Positions 53,567-62,280 of a stretch of DNA of 62,280 bases are shown in pieces. The notes beneath the pieces are model-generated. The model did no database searches. It worked only from the letters and a program-made list of their open reading frames with translations, and was not told the DNA's origin. Each line of letters begins with the position of its first letter. The stretch's first letter is position 1. The stretch is taken from positions 1 to 62,280 of the forward strand of contig CAZDZM010000001.1 of assembly GCA_964509945.1 (NCBI GenBank). The letters run 5' to 3'. The DNA is from an uncultured Candidatus Bathyarchaeia archaeon. GTDB taxonomy: Archaea > Thermoproteota > Bathyarchaeia > Bathyarchaeales > Bathycorpusculaceae. The position numbers and the translations under genes were made by a program.

Positions 53567-54469
53567 ATGGTCTCTGTTTGTGAGGAACCAGTTTTAGTTT
53601 CTGGCCATAGAGCATGTCCAGGCTGCGGTGCGATCGTTGCTCTAAGGCATGCCTTGAACGCGTTGGGTAGGAACATAATAGTTCATGTTGCTACCAGCTG
53701 CATGGAAGTATCAATAATGGGCGGGGGAGTTTTTCCGCGGGGAGAATATCCACTCACCGTTCCATCATTGCACACGGCTTTCGAAACAGGTGGCGCCGTT
53801 GTGTCAGGCATGGATGCAGGTTTAAAGGCCCTTGGAAAAAGAGAGGGAATAACGCTTGTTGCCATTGCTGGTGACGGAGGAACAGCGGATATTGGTCTTC
53901 AAACCCTTTCTGGTGCCGTCGAACGTGGACATGATTTCATTTATATATGCTACGATAACGAAGCCTACATGAACACTGGAAACCAGAGAAGCGGAACCAC
54001 CACGCTTTTTGCTGCTACCACAACTACCCCTGTTGGAAGCATTAAACGAGGTGAAACACACCTTCCTTTGAGATTGAAGAAAGACATGCCTGCAATCATG
54101 GCGGCTCATGGCATACCATATGTTGCTACGGCATCAATCGCCTATCCTGCTGATCTTGTCAAGAAGATCAAAAAAGCCGCCGAAATAAAGGGGCCAAGGT
54201 ACATTCACATACACTGTCCATGCGCCCAAGGTTGGGGTTTTCCTGAAGATAAAACCATAGAAATGGCAAGACTTGCAGTGCAGACGGGCTCTTGGGTATT
54301 GTATGAGATAGAGAATGGAAAACTGAGCGTAACCATTAAAGTTGCCAAGAGAAAGCCTGTGAAAGAATATTTGACTTTGCAAAGGCGTTTCAGGCACTTG
54401 ACTGATGAAGAAATCGCGAAAATCCAAGAACTTGTTGATAGAAAGTGGCAGGAGCTGGGTCTAGCATAG
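53567..54469 (+). CDS. porB: Por/Vor beta (TPP-binding) subunit
   Basis: SGHRACPGCG, IAGDGGTADIGLQ, DNEAYMNTGNQ. The ATG lies 4 nt after the porA stop. Confidence 0.85.
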   Translation: MVSVCEEPVLVSGHRACPGCGAIVALRHALNALGRNIIVHVATSCMEVSIMGGGVFPRGEYPLTVPSLHTAFETGGAVVSGMDAGLKALGKREGITLVAIAGDGGTADIGLQTLSGAVERGHDFIYICYDNEAYMNTGNQRSGTTTLFAATTTTPVGSIKRGETHLPLRLKKDMPAIMAAHGIPYVATASIAYPADLVKKIKKAAEIKGPRYIHIHCPCAQGWGFPEDKTIEMARLAVQTGSWVLYEIENGKLSVTIKVAKRKPVKEYLTLQRRFRHLTDEEIAKIQELVDRKWQELGLA

Positions 54470-54492
54470 CCTCGAAGCACTGCTACTTTTAA

Positions 54493-55782
54493 CTATCTCA
54501 GTTTCTTTGAGAAAAAATCAGTTAGGCCCGCCTTTTTTACTCGCTCTTTTATCTCTTCAATGTTTGTCGAATATAGTCCCAGCTTCTTCATTCTTTCGAA
54601 ATAGAGGCCGCCGGAGAACGTGTAACGATTTTTCTGGCCCTCTTCCGTTTGGGTTTCTCTGTTCACGAAGGAGATGAAGTCTCCTATTGCCGTTTGCGTT
54701 GATATTTCAATGCACTTCATTCCAAGAGCGGTTCTCACAGCGTTGTGCCCTGCCAAAAGTCCGGTGACTATAGCCTCGGTGTGTCCTACATGTGGTCCAG
54801 CCTTTTCTCCTCCGCAGAATAAGTTTTCGATGCCTTGAACCTTTAACGTATTGTCCTTTGGAGCCATGGCCATGAATCTTATAGAGTTGCCGATTCCTCC
54901 TGCAATCGGATCCTCGTATCTTGTGTGTTCAAAGCCAGGCACCGTTCTAAGCTCTTCTAGGGGGAAGAAGGAAGCCATTAGCTTGGCTGGGCCGGTGTCC
55001 AGCAAAACTATGTTCTCTGCAAACTCGTGCAGTGCGTACTGCACGCATGCTTTCTTCTTTAGTTTCTCCTGTTTGACAAGCTTTTGTGGCAAAGGTACGA
55101 CCGAGGTACCTTTCTCATCAAGTTCTTTTCGAACTTTGTCGGAAAGCGATTCTTTCATGAGCTTGCACGATCCGCTCATGGCCCCAAGGGTTCCATCTGC
55201 TTTTTTGCCGGCCCACTCTTTAACACCTGCTTTCTCCGTTATGCTGACTCTCGGCTTGAACGTGTGACATCTGAGGATACACATGGCGCATCCATTGCCA
55301 TATTTAATGCAGTTGGCTGGAACTGCCGCCGTTCCAGTGCAGTCCACAAAGTAGTCGCCTTCAACTGCCGTTTTGTTCTCCAAAATTATGGACTCTATTC
55401 TCTTATCTTTCATCTTAACGTTGACGACTCTTGCCCTGAGCATAACTTTGACTCCGAGGTCTGCCAAAAGCTTCTCCACTTCTGGTTCGATATTAAACAC
55501 GTCATACAGACTTGCATGTTTGTGTCCTGGAAAATCAACGTGCTTGTGTCTAGCCATCGAATCCATAAGATTGAAAAGTTCGCCGCCTCCCATGGCGATA
55601 GCTTCTTCAGCAGCCGTGAATCTGCCGTTGTTTCTGAAGATTCCACCAACCAAACCTGTGCCAAGAAGCATGTCAGTTCTTTCTATTAGCACACCCTCAG
55701 CGCCGGCTTTAGCCGCGGCCAATGCTGCTCCACAGCCTGACCAGCCTCCTCCAACAACAATTATTTTTGGCATAGATTTCAC
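54493..55782 (-). CDS. FAD-dependent oxidoreductase, small GidA/TrmFO-like form
   Basis: KIIVVGGGWSGCGAALAAAKAG dinucleotide fold, and C-terminal GGEKAGPHVGHTEAIVTG. Confidence 0.6.
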   Translation of the reverse strand: MKSMPKIIVVGGGWSGCGAALAAAKAGAEGVLIERTDMLLGTGLVGGIFRNNGRFTAAEEAIAMGGGELFNLMDSMARHKHVDFPGHKHASLYDVFNIEPEVEKLLADLGVKVMLRARVVNVKMKDKRIESIILENKTAVEGDYFVDCTGTAAVPANCIKYGNGCAMCILRCHTFKPRVSITEKAGVKEWAGKKADGTLGAMSGSCKLMKESLSDKVRKELDEKGTSVVPLPQKLVKQEKLKKKACVQYALHEFAENIVLLDTGPAKLMASFFPLEELRTVPGFEHTRYEDPIAGGIGNSIRFMAMAPKDNTLKVQGIENLFCGGEKAGPHVGHTEAIVTGLLAGHNAVRTALGMKCIEISTQTAIGDFISFVNRETQTEEGQKNRYTFSGGLYFERMKKLGLYSTNIEEIKERVKKAGLTDFFSKKLR

Positions 55783-55857
55783 ACAAGTTGTAAATCAATA
55801 CATTGAGAGAGATAAAACTTACGAGTAATGCTCCAGTTTTGGCATGTTGACATCAAG

Positions 55858-56739
55858 CTAGAGTGCTACAAGTGTTGCCCCAAGCACTATTGCGACGGCC
55901 CCAAAAAGAACCTTTCTGTTGATCAGTTCACTCTTTTGCATCAAAAAATATGATATCAACAATGTAATAAGGGGACTTGTGTTCACAATGGGCGTCACAA
56001 AAACCACTTGTTCTAAGCGCAGAGCGGTATATTGGGCAAGCAAAGCCAATGTTGATATCGTTCCTGCGCTCAGCAAATATTTCGCCTCTGCTCTTTTGAT
56101 CTTCAGTTTATCTCTAGAGAAGTAAACAGCAATACTCGCTTGAATGAAAATTGCGACTAGGTATGAGAAGAAACTGGCCATTATGGAAGATCCTAAACCA
56201 CGTGAACCTTCCTTCGCGAATAGCTGAGAAGATCCCCATATAAAACCTCCAATCAAACCAACAGCAACTCCTCTCCGAAACTTCTGTTTAAGAACTAAAT
56301 TCTTTCCATGAGCCTGCGGATTGCTGAAGGATACTAGAACTTCGCCGAAGAATATTGCGAGGGTACCCACGCCTAATGTCCAGCTCATGTTTTCTTTTAG
56401 CAATGCAACGCTTAACATAGCTGCAAAAATGATCTGCGTGCTAGTTAATTGACTTGCTCTAGCCGCCCCGATAAGTCTTATACTTGAATAAGCGAATGTC
56501 CTGCCTATGGCTAAGTGAAAGATGCCAGCCAACGCGAGATTGATCATCGTGTACAAGTCAAAATTATATGTTGTAAGTAAATCGCCACTAACTATGGCTA
56601 AGAACAACAAGATCGGAGGCGCTGCAAGAAGAGTATAAAGAACGCTTACATGTGAATCAACGTCTTGGGCTTTTCTAATGAAAACTTTACTTATGCCGTA
56701 GCAACAGGCTGCAGCGAGGGCGAAAGTAAATGGCATCAT
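55858..56739 (-). CDS. EamA/DMT-family transporter
   Basis: About 10 hydrophobic helices arranged as two EamA-like halves. Confidence 0.7.
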   Translation of the reverse strand: MMPFTFALAAACCYGISKVFIRKAQDVDSHVSVLYTLLAAPPILLFLAIVSGDLLTTYNFDLYTMINLALAGIFHLAIGRTFAYSSIRLIGAARASQLTSTQIIFAAMLSVALLKENMSWTLGVGTLAIFFGEVLVSFSNPQAHGKNLVLKQKFRRGVAVGLIGGFIWGSSQLFAKEGSRGLGSSIMASFFSYLVAIFIQASIAVYFSRDKLKIKRAEAKYLLSAGTISTLALLAQYTALRLEQVVFVTPIVNTSPLITLLISYFLMQKSELINRKVLFGAVAIVLGATLVAL

Positions 56740-56750
56740 TACTTTTACAT

Positions 56751-57227
56751 CTAACCTTTCCGCACAAGCTCACTCAGTTTCTCTATCGAAGTTCGCCGTT
56801 TTCTCAAATTGGCTTTTGTGGCGTTCATGTATGTAATGGCTCCTGTAGGGCAAAATTCTGCGCATGCAGGTTTTCCTCCGCAAAGGTCACATTTTATCGG
56901 CTTTCTCTTTGCCATGTCCATGGAAACGCCTCCAAATGGGCACGCCATAACACACATTTTACAGCCTATGCAAGCATCATAATCTATTAGTATAGCACCA
57001 GTTTCTGTTTCTCGTGACAGAGCCTTCACGGGACAAGCTTTTTCGCAAAGTGGAATGTCACATTGTAAGCAGACTGTCGGTAAGTCCAAACCTGCTTCTT
57101 CCCATTTTAAAATGCGAATTCTAGACTTGGATGGATTGAATTCCTTTTCATGATGAAAGCTGCAGGTTGCTTCGCAAGTTCGGCAACCAGCACATTTCTC
57201 GGCATCGATGACTAAAATCTTTTCCAT
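56751..57227 (-). CDS. 4Fe-4S dicluster (polyferredoxin, DmsB/CooF-like) protein
   Basis: CAGCRTCEATC, CLQCDIPLCEKACP, CIGCKMCVMACP, CDLC...CAEFCP. Confidence 0.8.
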   Translation of the reverse strand: MEKILVIDAEKCAGCRTCEATCSFHHEKEFNPSKSRIRILKWEEAGLDLPTVCLQCDIPLCEKACPVKALSRETETGAILIDYDACIGCKMCVMACPFGGVSMDMAKRKPIKCDLCGGKPACAEFCPTGAITYMNATKANLRKRRTSIEKLSELVRKG

Positions 57228-57410
57228 GCATGCAGCTTTTCCCTTTCCTCTAAAAAACCTTTCTATATTTTTTTCAAAAAAGATAATGCCATTTTCGCGG
57301 AGTTACCAATGAAACTTTTGTTTAAAATGAGTAATCTATACTAACTCCGAGATGTTTATAAACGGCATTCATGACAAATTCCTACTCTGAAGCTTAAGGT
57401 TGACGTTGTA

Positions 57411-57704
57411 TTGATCAAAGTGTCAGTTAGGTATCTCGCAAGCTTCGCCATTGTAGCAGGCAGAAGAGAAGAGACTTTACTTGTACCGGATGGAACCACT
57501 TTGAAAGAACTTTTGACCAAACTTGTTGAAAGACACGGTCCTTCCCTCGAAAAAGAGATTTTTAATTCTAGGGCAAAAGAGATTAAGCCGCACGTTTTAG
57601 TTCTTGTTAACGGGCGTTCGGTAAATCAGCTTGCGGACAAATTGAATACAAAAATCTCATACGGCGACTCCGTAATATTGACTCTCCCCACATCTGGCGG
57701 TTGA
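57411..57704 (+). CDS. MoaD/ThiS-family ubiquitin-like sulfur carrier
   Basis: 97 aa, beta-grasp-like pattern, C-terminal ...PTSGG diglycine. Confidence 0.75.
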   Translation: MIKVSVRYLASFAIVAGRREETLLVPDGTTLKELLTKLVERHGPSLEKEIFNSRAKEIKPHVLVLVNGRSVNQLADKLNTKISYGDSVILTLPTSGG

Positions 57705-57716
57705 AGGGATAGATTA

Positions 57717-59624
57717 ATGTATGGTTGGGCAGGAAAAATTCTTAAAGTGAACCTTTCAGAGAAAAAAATTGAAAAACAACCACTGTGTGAAGAGCTTAGG
57801 ATCAAGTTTATCGGTGGAAGGGGCATTAGCACGAAGATTTTGTACGATGAGAACAAGGCTGAAATCGATCCATTTGATCCTGGTAACCGTATCATTTTCG
57901 GCGTAGGTCCTCTTGCAGGTACGCTTGTTCCAGGATCAGGCAGATTTAATGTCACAACAAAGTCTCCTTTAGGCTTTCTAGGCGACTCTAGCTCTGGTGG
58001 ACATTGGGCTTCAGAGCTGAAGTATGCCGGGTTTGATCACATAGTAATCTGGGGCAAAGCTACGCGCCCAGTTTACTTGTGCATTCAAGATGGCGATGTT
58101 GAAATAGAAGATGCTGAGCACCTTTGGGGTATGGATACGTGGGAAACGCAGACAACGATAAGGGAAGAGGTTGATGATGAAGAAGTTCAAGTGGCTTGTA
58201 TAGGTCAAGCTGGCGAAAACCTTGTTCGCATGGCGAATGTCAGAACTGGGCTTAAACATGCTGCGGGACGAACAGGAACAGGAGCAGTGATGGGCTCTAA
58301 AAACTTGAAAGCAATCGCTGTCCGAGGTACCGGAGGAGTCAAGATAGCTGATCCTGAAGGGTTTATGGAATGCGTTAAAAAGGCTCGCGAGAGAGTTGAA
58401 GATTTAAAGTATACTTTAGGAGCTAAGTCCCCTTGTGGAGGAACTTATGGCGTCTTATGGTTTACTCATAGTGACGCGTCTATGCAAGCTACAAAACACC
58501 AGCAGTCTGGCTACTGGGAAGAAACAGAGAAGCTAGATCCAAAGATCTTCCATGAAAAGTACAAGGTTAAGATGCGCGGGTGTTTCGCCTGTCCAGTAAA
58601 TTGTACACCCTTCTACATCGTTAAAGATGGACCTTATAAAGGCCTGAGTGGTGAAGGACCTGAGTATGAACATTTTGCTTCGTTCGGTTCTAGTCCAGCA
58701 AATGCTGATCTTCTTAAAGCGCTTAAGGCTTCTCAATTATCAGACAGATTTGGTTTGGATTGTGACTCGGCGGGCCGCATCATAAGTTTTGCGATGGAGC
58801 TATATGAACGTGGCATAATCTCTGAGAAAGATGTTGGTTTTCCTTTAGAATGGGGAGACGGGGGTGCTGTGATAAGGCTTATTGAAATGATTTCGAAACG
58901 TGAAGGTTTCGGAAATATTTTGGCTGAGGGAGAAGTGAGAGCCGCTAAGAAGATAGGAAAGGCCGCAGAAAAGTATGTTTTGACTATGAAAAATTTAGAG
59001 CAACATGAACCTCTAAGATCTGTTGTTGGTCACGCACTAGCACAATCGGTATCGACAAGGGGTTCAGATCATCTAAGAAGTGCTTACCATGCCGAACGTG
59101 ATATGAACCCAAAGGAAGCCAAAGAGTTCGGCTTTAATCCAGACCCGCTTTCATATGAGGGGAAAGCCGCGGGAGTAATATTCTATGAACACAATGCAGC
59201 ACTAGCCGACATGTTGGGCTTCTGCAAGTTTTTCAGTCCTTGGCTGTCAGTCCATTTTCTCGATGCAGATCTAATGGCTAAATTGTTTTCAACGGCAACT
59301 GGCATCAATGTGGACAGTGGCACATTGCTTAAGGCAGCTGAAAGGGCTTACAACGTAGAACGTGCCTTCATAGTCAGAGAAGGCGCTAGAAGGAAAGATG
59401 ATTATCCTCCATGGCGGGAGTTTGAAGAGCCCTACAAATATGGTCCCCACAAGGGCTGCGTACTTAACAAAAAGAAATATGATGTCATGTTAGATGAGTA
59501 CTATACGTTGCATGGTTGGGACGTCAAGACTGGAGTTCCGATTAAGACGAAGCTCAAAGAGTTAGATCTCACAGATGTTGCCCATGATTTGGAGATACAC
59601 GGTTTCTACTCAGAAAAAAGTTAG
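57717..59624 (+). CDS. aor: aldehyde:ferredoxin oxidoreductase family tungstopterin enzyme
   Basis: MYGWAGKILKVNL N-terminus, GGRG, CFACPVNC cluster motif, length 635 aa. Confidence 0.9.
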   Translation: MYGWAGKILKVNLSEKKIEKQPLCEELRIKFIGGRGISTKILYDENKAEIDPFDPGNRIIFGVGPLAGTLVPGSGRFNVTTKSPLGFLGDSSSGGHWASELKYAGFDHIVIWGKATRPVYLCIQDGDVEIEDAEHLWGMDTWETQTTIREEVDDEEVQVACIGQAGENLVRMANVRTGLKHAAGRTGTGAVMGSKNLKAIAVRGTGGVKIADPEGFMECVKKARERVEDLKYTLGAKSPCGGTYGVLWFTHSDASMQATKHQQSGYWEETEKLDPKIFHEKYKVKMRGCFACPVNCTPFYIVKDGPYKGLSGEGPEYEHFASFGSSPANADLLKALKASQLSDRFGLDCDSAGRIISFAMELYERGIISEKDVGFPLEWGDGGAVIRLIEMISKREGFGNILAEGEVRAAKKIGKAAEKYVLTMKNLEQHEPLRSVVGHALAQSVSTRGSDHLRSAYHAERDMNPKEAKEFGFNPDPLSYEGKAAGVIFYEHNAALADMLGFCKFFSPWLSVHFLDADLMAKLFSTATGINVDSGTLLKAAERAYNVERAFIVREGARRKDDYPPWREFEEPYKYGPHKGCVLNKKKYDVMLDEYYTLHGWDVKTGVPIKTKLKELDLTDVAHDLEIHGFYSEKS

Positions 59625-59642
59625 CAGGAGGATTGATTAACC

Positions 59643-61037
59643 TTGGCAAATTTGTTGATTAGAAAAGCGAAATTCGTTATAACGATGGATGAAAATAGGC
59701 GAATCATCAAAGACGGCGCAGTATTCATAGGCAATGATAAGATAGTTGCTATCGGAAAAAATGAAGCTTTAGAAAAAGAGTATGCATCTGCTGACCTGGT
59801 CATTGATGCGAGCAACATGATAGTTAGCCCTGGGCTCATAAACTGCCACTGTCACACGACACAGCAATTGGCTAGAGGACTGGCCGATAACGTTTTCCTA
59901 CCAACATGGATTCATGATCGTCTATATCCATTTGAATCTAATATGAAACCTGAAGACGCCTACATATCTGCCTTGGCATGCTTTGTTGAAGCAATAAAAA
60001 ATGGAACAACCTGCATTGCGGACCCAGGCGGATATCATATGGAATGGGTTGTCAAAGCTGCAGAGAAAATAGGCATAAGAGCAGTCTTGGCAAGATCCCT
60101 TGTTGATTTGTCTTCAAGGGCTAGACCCATACCTGAAGCCATGAAGGAAACAACGGATGAGGCGATTAAGTCAGGTGAAGATTTCGTAAAGAAGTACAAT
60201 GGCATAGCAAATGGCCGAATTCGCGCATGGTTCTCTTTGCGCACTGAGCGTATGGTTTCAAACAATCTGTGTAGTGCTGTTAAAAAGTTAGCTGATAAAT
60301 ATGGGGTAGGAATAGAGTCGCACGTATCCTCGAACCTTGATTCTGTCAATAGACACAAGGAAGTGTTCATGGGCAAAACTCCGATAAAACGATACGAACA
60401 AACAGGGGTCTTGGGTCCAAACCTACTAATAGTTCATGCAAATTGGTTAACCAAAGAGGAAATTGCGCTGGTTAGAAAACACGATGTAAAAGTATGCCAC
60501 TGCCCTACGGCTGGCACCGCAGGCGGCTACGGCACATTTAAAGTAGGAAAATTTGTAGAAATGATGGAAAAGGGAATAACCGTTGCATTGGGACATGATA
60601 GTGCAGCAGAATCAAACTTCATGGACATGCTTCGCGTTGCACAAATGGCTACTGCCCACCGAGATTTTAGACTTGACGCAACTCTATTTCCGCCAGAAAC
60701 ACTGTTAGAACTGCTTACCATCAACGGAGCAAAAGCCTTGTTATCAGAAGAAAAAGTCGGAGCCCTCGCTGTTGGAAAGCAAGCTGATGTTGTTTTATTC
60801 GACATTAAACGGCCGGAAATGGTTCCTCTTAACAATCCCGTCTCAAATCTTGTTCATTCAGCTTCTGGCGATTGCGCAAACACGGTCATTATCGACGGCA
60901 GGATCATCATGCAAAATCGTAAACTCAAAACGGTAAACGAAAGCGAGGTTCTGAAGAAGGCTCAAAAGACAGCGGAAGAAATAATTGAAAGAAGTGGACT
61001 GAAAGTTTATTCTACGTCCACGTGGCAATATTGTTAG
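59643..61037 (+). CDS. amidohydrolase (MTA/SAH or nucleobase deaminase-like, chlorohydrolase family)
   Basis: PGLINCHCHTTQ metal motif, HVSS, IVHANWL, GHDS. Confidence 0.75.
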   Translation: MANLLIRKAKFVITMDENRRIIKDGAVFIGNDKIVAIGKNEALEKEYASADLVIDASNMIVSPGLINCHCHTTQQLARGLADNVFLPTWIHDRLYPFESNMKPEDAYISALACFVEAIKNGTTCIADPGGYHMEWVVKAAEKIGIRAVLARSLVDLSSRARPIPEAMKETTDEAIKSGEDFVKKYNGIANGRIRAWFSLRTERMVSNNLCSAVKKLADKYGVGIESHVSSNLDSVNRHKEVFMGKTPIKRYEQTGVLGPNLLIVHANWLTKEEIALVRKHDVKVCHCPTAGTAGGYGTFKVGKFVEMMEKGITVALGHDSAAESNFMDMLRVAQMATAHRDFRLDATLFPPETLLELLTINGAKALLSEEKVGALAVGKQADVVLFDIKRPEMVPLNNPVSNLVHSASGDCANTVIIDGRIIMQNRKLKTVNESEVLKKAQKTAEEIIERSGLKVYSTSTWQYC

Positions 61038-62280
61038 ACTTTAGTAGAGAAATCTAAAAACTCGTACAATCCCATTTTTTCTTTGATGGCTCGAAATAGA
61101 ACATAGCGATCATGTGCCGCAAATCTTTCTCCCAATGTTTGGGCTCCGATAATTCTCTCCTTTTCATCCGTGACTATTTTCGCTTTAACTCGATACTTTT
61201 CACCAAAACAATACGAGTTTCTCATGAGTGATGCGAGTTTTATGTCTATCACATTGGCTTTGATTCCTATATCATTTGCCGTAGCAGAGCTGTGGCCAAT
61301 ACTTGTCACGTCCACTCCGAAAAGTCTGTCCCCTTGAACCCTGAGAAAACCGTCACTTCTCTCGTCCCCTCCTACAGCATTTACACCTGCGATTCTTCCT
61401 GCTTCCGCAGCTACGCTCCCAATTGGGAAGTAAGTGTGCTTTTTTGTTATGGAATCAGTTGCCTCTATACAATCTCCAGCCGCGTATATTTCTGGGTTAG
61501 AAGTGCGCAAATGTTCATCCACTTTAATTCCATACTCTCCTAACTTTGTTTCGGTCTCTTTAGCCAGCTCAATGGATGGTCGGACTCCTGTCGCAAATAT
61601 TAACATGGATGCTGGAATTTTTTTATCGAAAATCTTTACGTATTCAACGCTTCTTGAACCGCCAATTTCTTCAATTTCAGCGCTTGTTAAGGCTTCGACA
61701 CCTGCTTCTTTAATCCTTCTTTGCAAATCCCTTGAGAGATCAGGTTCGATTAGCGTTCTAAGCGCACGAGAACGAATAACGATCTTAGTCTTCACACCGC
61801 GCTTAACTAGTGCTTCAGCTACTGAAAGGGCAATAGGTCCTGCACCAACAACAATTGCGCTCTTGTTCAACTTTACTTTCTGAGATATTTTTAGCGCGTC
61901 GTCGAATGTCCGAAACGTAAAGACATTATTTAGTTCCGTTCCCTTTATTTGTGGGACAATATCCTGGCCGCCAGTTGCTAAGATTAAAGCATGATAATCA
62001 AAGTGCCTTATTTTGCTCGTGTTCAATTCGCGGGCTTTTATCATTCTTTTCCGGTTGTCTATGCTATAGACTTCAAGACCCCGTAGTAAACGTATCTTCT
62101 TGTCTTCAAGAAATTGAGGAGAGCATATTGCAATTTCTTCAGGGCAAGACAATGTTTCGCGAATAACGTAGGGTAAATATGGCCTGCTATAAGGCGGATA
62201 AGTTTCTTTTGACAGAATTGTTATTTTAGCCTCTGCATTTTTTTCTCTAGCGCTAAGAGCAGCTGTAAGTCCCGCCACGC
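61034..62280 (-). CDS. pyridine nucleotide-disulfide oxidoreductase (NADH oxidase/CoA-disulfide reductase-like), 5' end beyond the window
   Basis: AIVVGAGPIALSVAEAL second Rossmann fold, IYAAGDC, and an N-terminal FAD motif truncated by the window edge. Confidence 0.75.
   Translation of the reverse strand, partial: VAGLTAALSAREKNAEAKITILSKETYPPYSRPYLPYVIRETLSCPEEIAICSPQFLEDKKIRLLRGLEVYSIDNRKRMIKARELNTSKIRHFDYHALILATGGQDIVPQIKGTELNNVFTFRTFDDALKISQKVKLNKSAIVVGAGPIALSVAEALVKRGVKTKIVIRSRALRTLIEPDLSRDLQRRIKEAGVEALTSAEIEEIGGSRSVEYVKIFDKKIPASMLIFATGVRPSIELAKETETKLGEYGIKVDEHLRTSNPEIYAAGDCIEATDSITKKHTYFPIGSVAAEAGRIAGVNAVGGDERSDGFLRVQGDRLFGVDVTSIGHSSATANDIGIKANVIDIKLASLMRNSYCFGEKYRVKAKIVTDEKERIIGAQTLGERFAAHDRYVLFRAIKEKMGLYEFLDFSTKV

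Noticed and set aside
1-62280. CRISPR arrays, rRNA genes, intact transposases or obvious defence systems (R-M, TA, Cas, retron-like)
   Set aside because: - No regularly spaced direct repeats were found beyond the short tandem repeats listed.
- No rRNA-like sequence was seen.
- The only recombinase is a remnant.
- No ORF showed nuclease, helicase or methylase defence signatures.

Overview
Archaeal chromosomal segment, roughly 85-90% coding. Archaeal markers are a thermosome, Alba, RNA polymerase subunits K and P, ribosomal proteins S3Ae/eS1 and eS26, an archaeal-type tRNA-Leu and a CDP-alcohol phosphatidyltransferase. eS26 together with ferredoxin-centred anaerobic metabolism suggests a TACK-type, Bathyarchaeia-like anaerobe, but this lineage call is inference only.

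Content from left to right:
- 5' tip of a second thermosome gene, running off the left edge.
- A decayed region with a GC-rich tandem repeat, a gene stump and a tyrosine-recombinase C-terminal remnant.
- A heavily sequon-loaded surface protein.
- rpoP (missed by the ORF track) and a Trm5-family methyltransferase next to a Trm112-like protein.
- A nucleotide-sugar operon, then glnA with a divergent Lrp/AsnC regulator.
- tRNA-Leu(GAG), followed by about 4.4 kb rich in gene remnants.
- Metallophosphoesterase, DUF47, MoaE and a DapB-like dehydrogenase.
- A 13-kb divergent redox supercluster: FrdAB-like plus HdrBC facing HdrA-MvhD, an HdrC/GltD fusion, a second HdrA-MvhD and korDABG.
- S3Ae, serS, alba, eS26 and a DUF4438-like gene.
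- Three tandem CBS proteins, pyrC, Mut7-C, rpoK and the thermosome.
- thrC, a second three-subunit 2-oxoacid:ferredoxin oxidoreductase, a hydroxyacid dehydrogenase and an aminotransferase.
- porGDAB, an AOR with MoaD-like and polyferredoxin partners, an amidohydrolase and a partial disulfide oxidoreductase.

Best candidate for an undescribed system: the Hdr/Frd/Kor supercluster at 21089-34234. Its module composition predicts an NAD(P)H- and ferredoxin-linked bifurcating or confurcating complex with no hydrogenase partner. I cannot verify novelty without database searches.

Other oddities:
- rpoK has no canonical start codon and lies in frame with the thermosome stop.
- An exact palindromic 10-mer, GCGCGCGCTA, recurs at the edges of gene remnants and upstream of genes.
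- The remnant region is bounded by a tRNA-3'-end-like fragment.
- One nucleotide-sugar dehydrogenase paralogue looks catalytically degenerate.

No CRISPR array, rRNA or intact transposase was seen.
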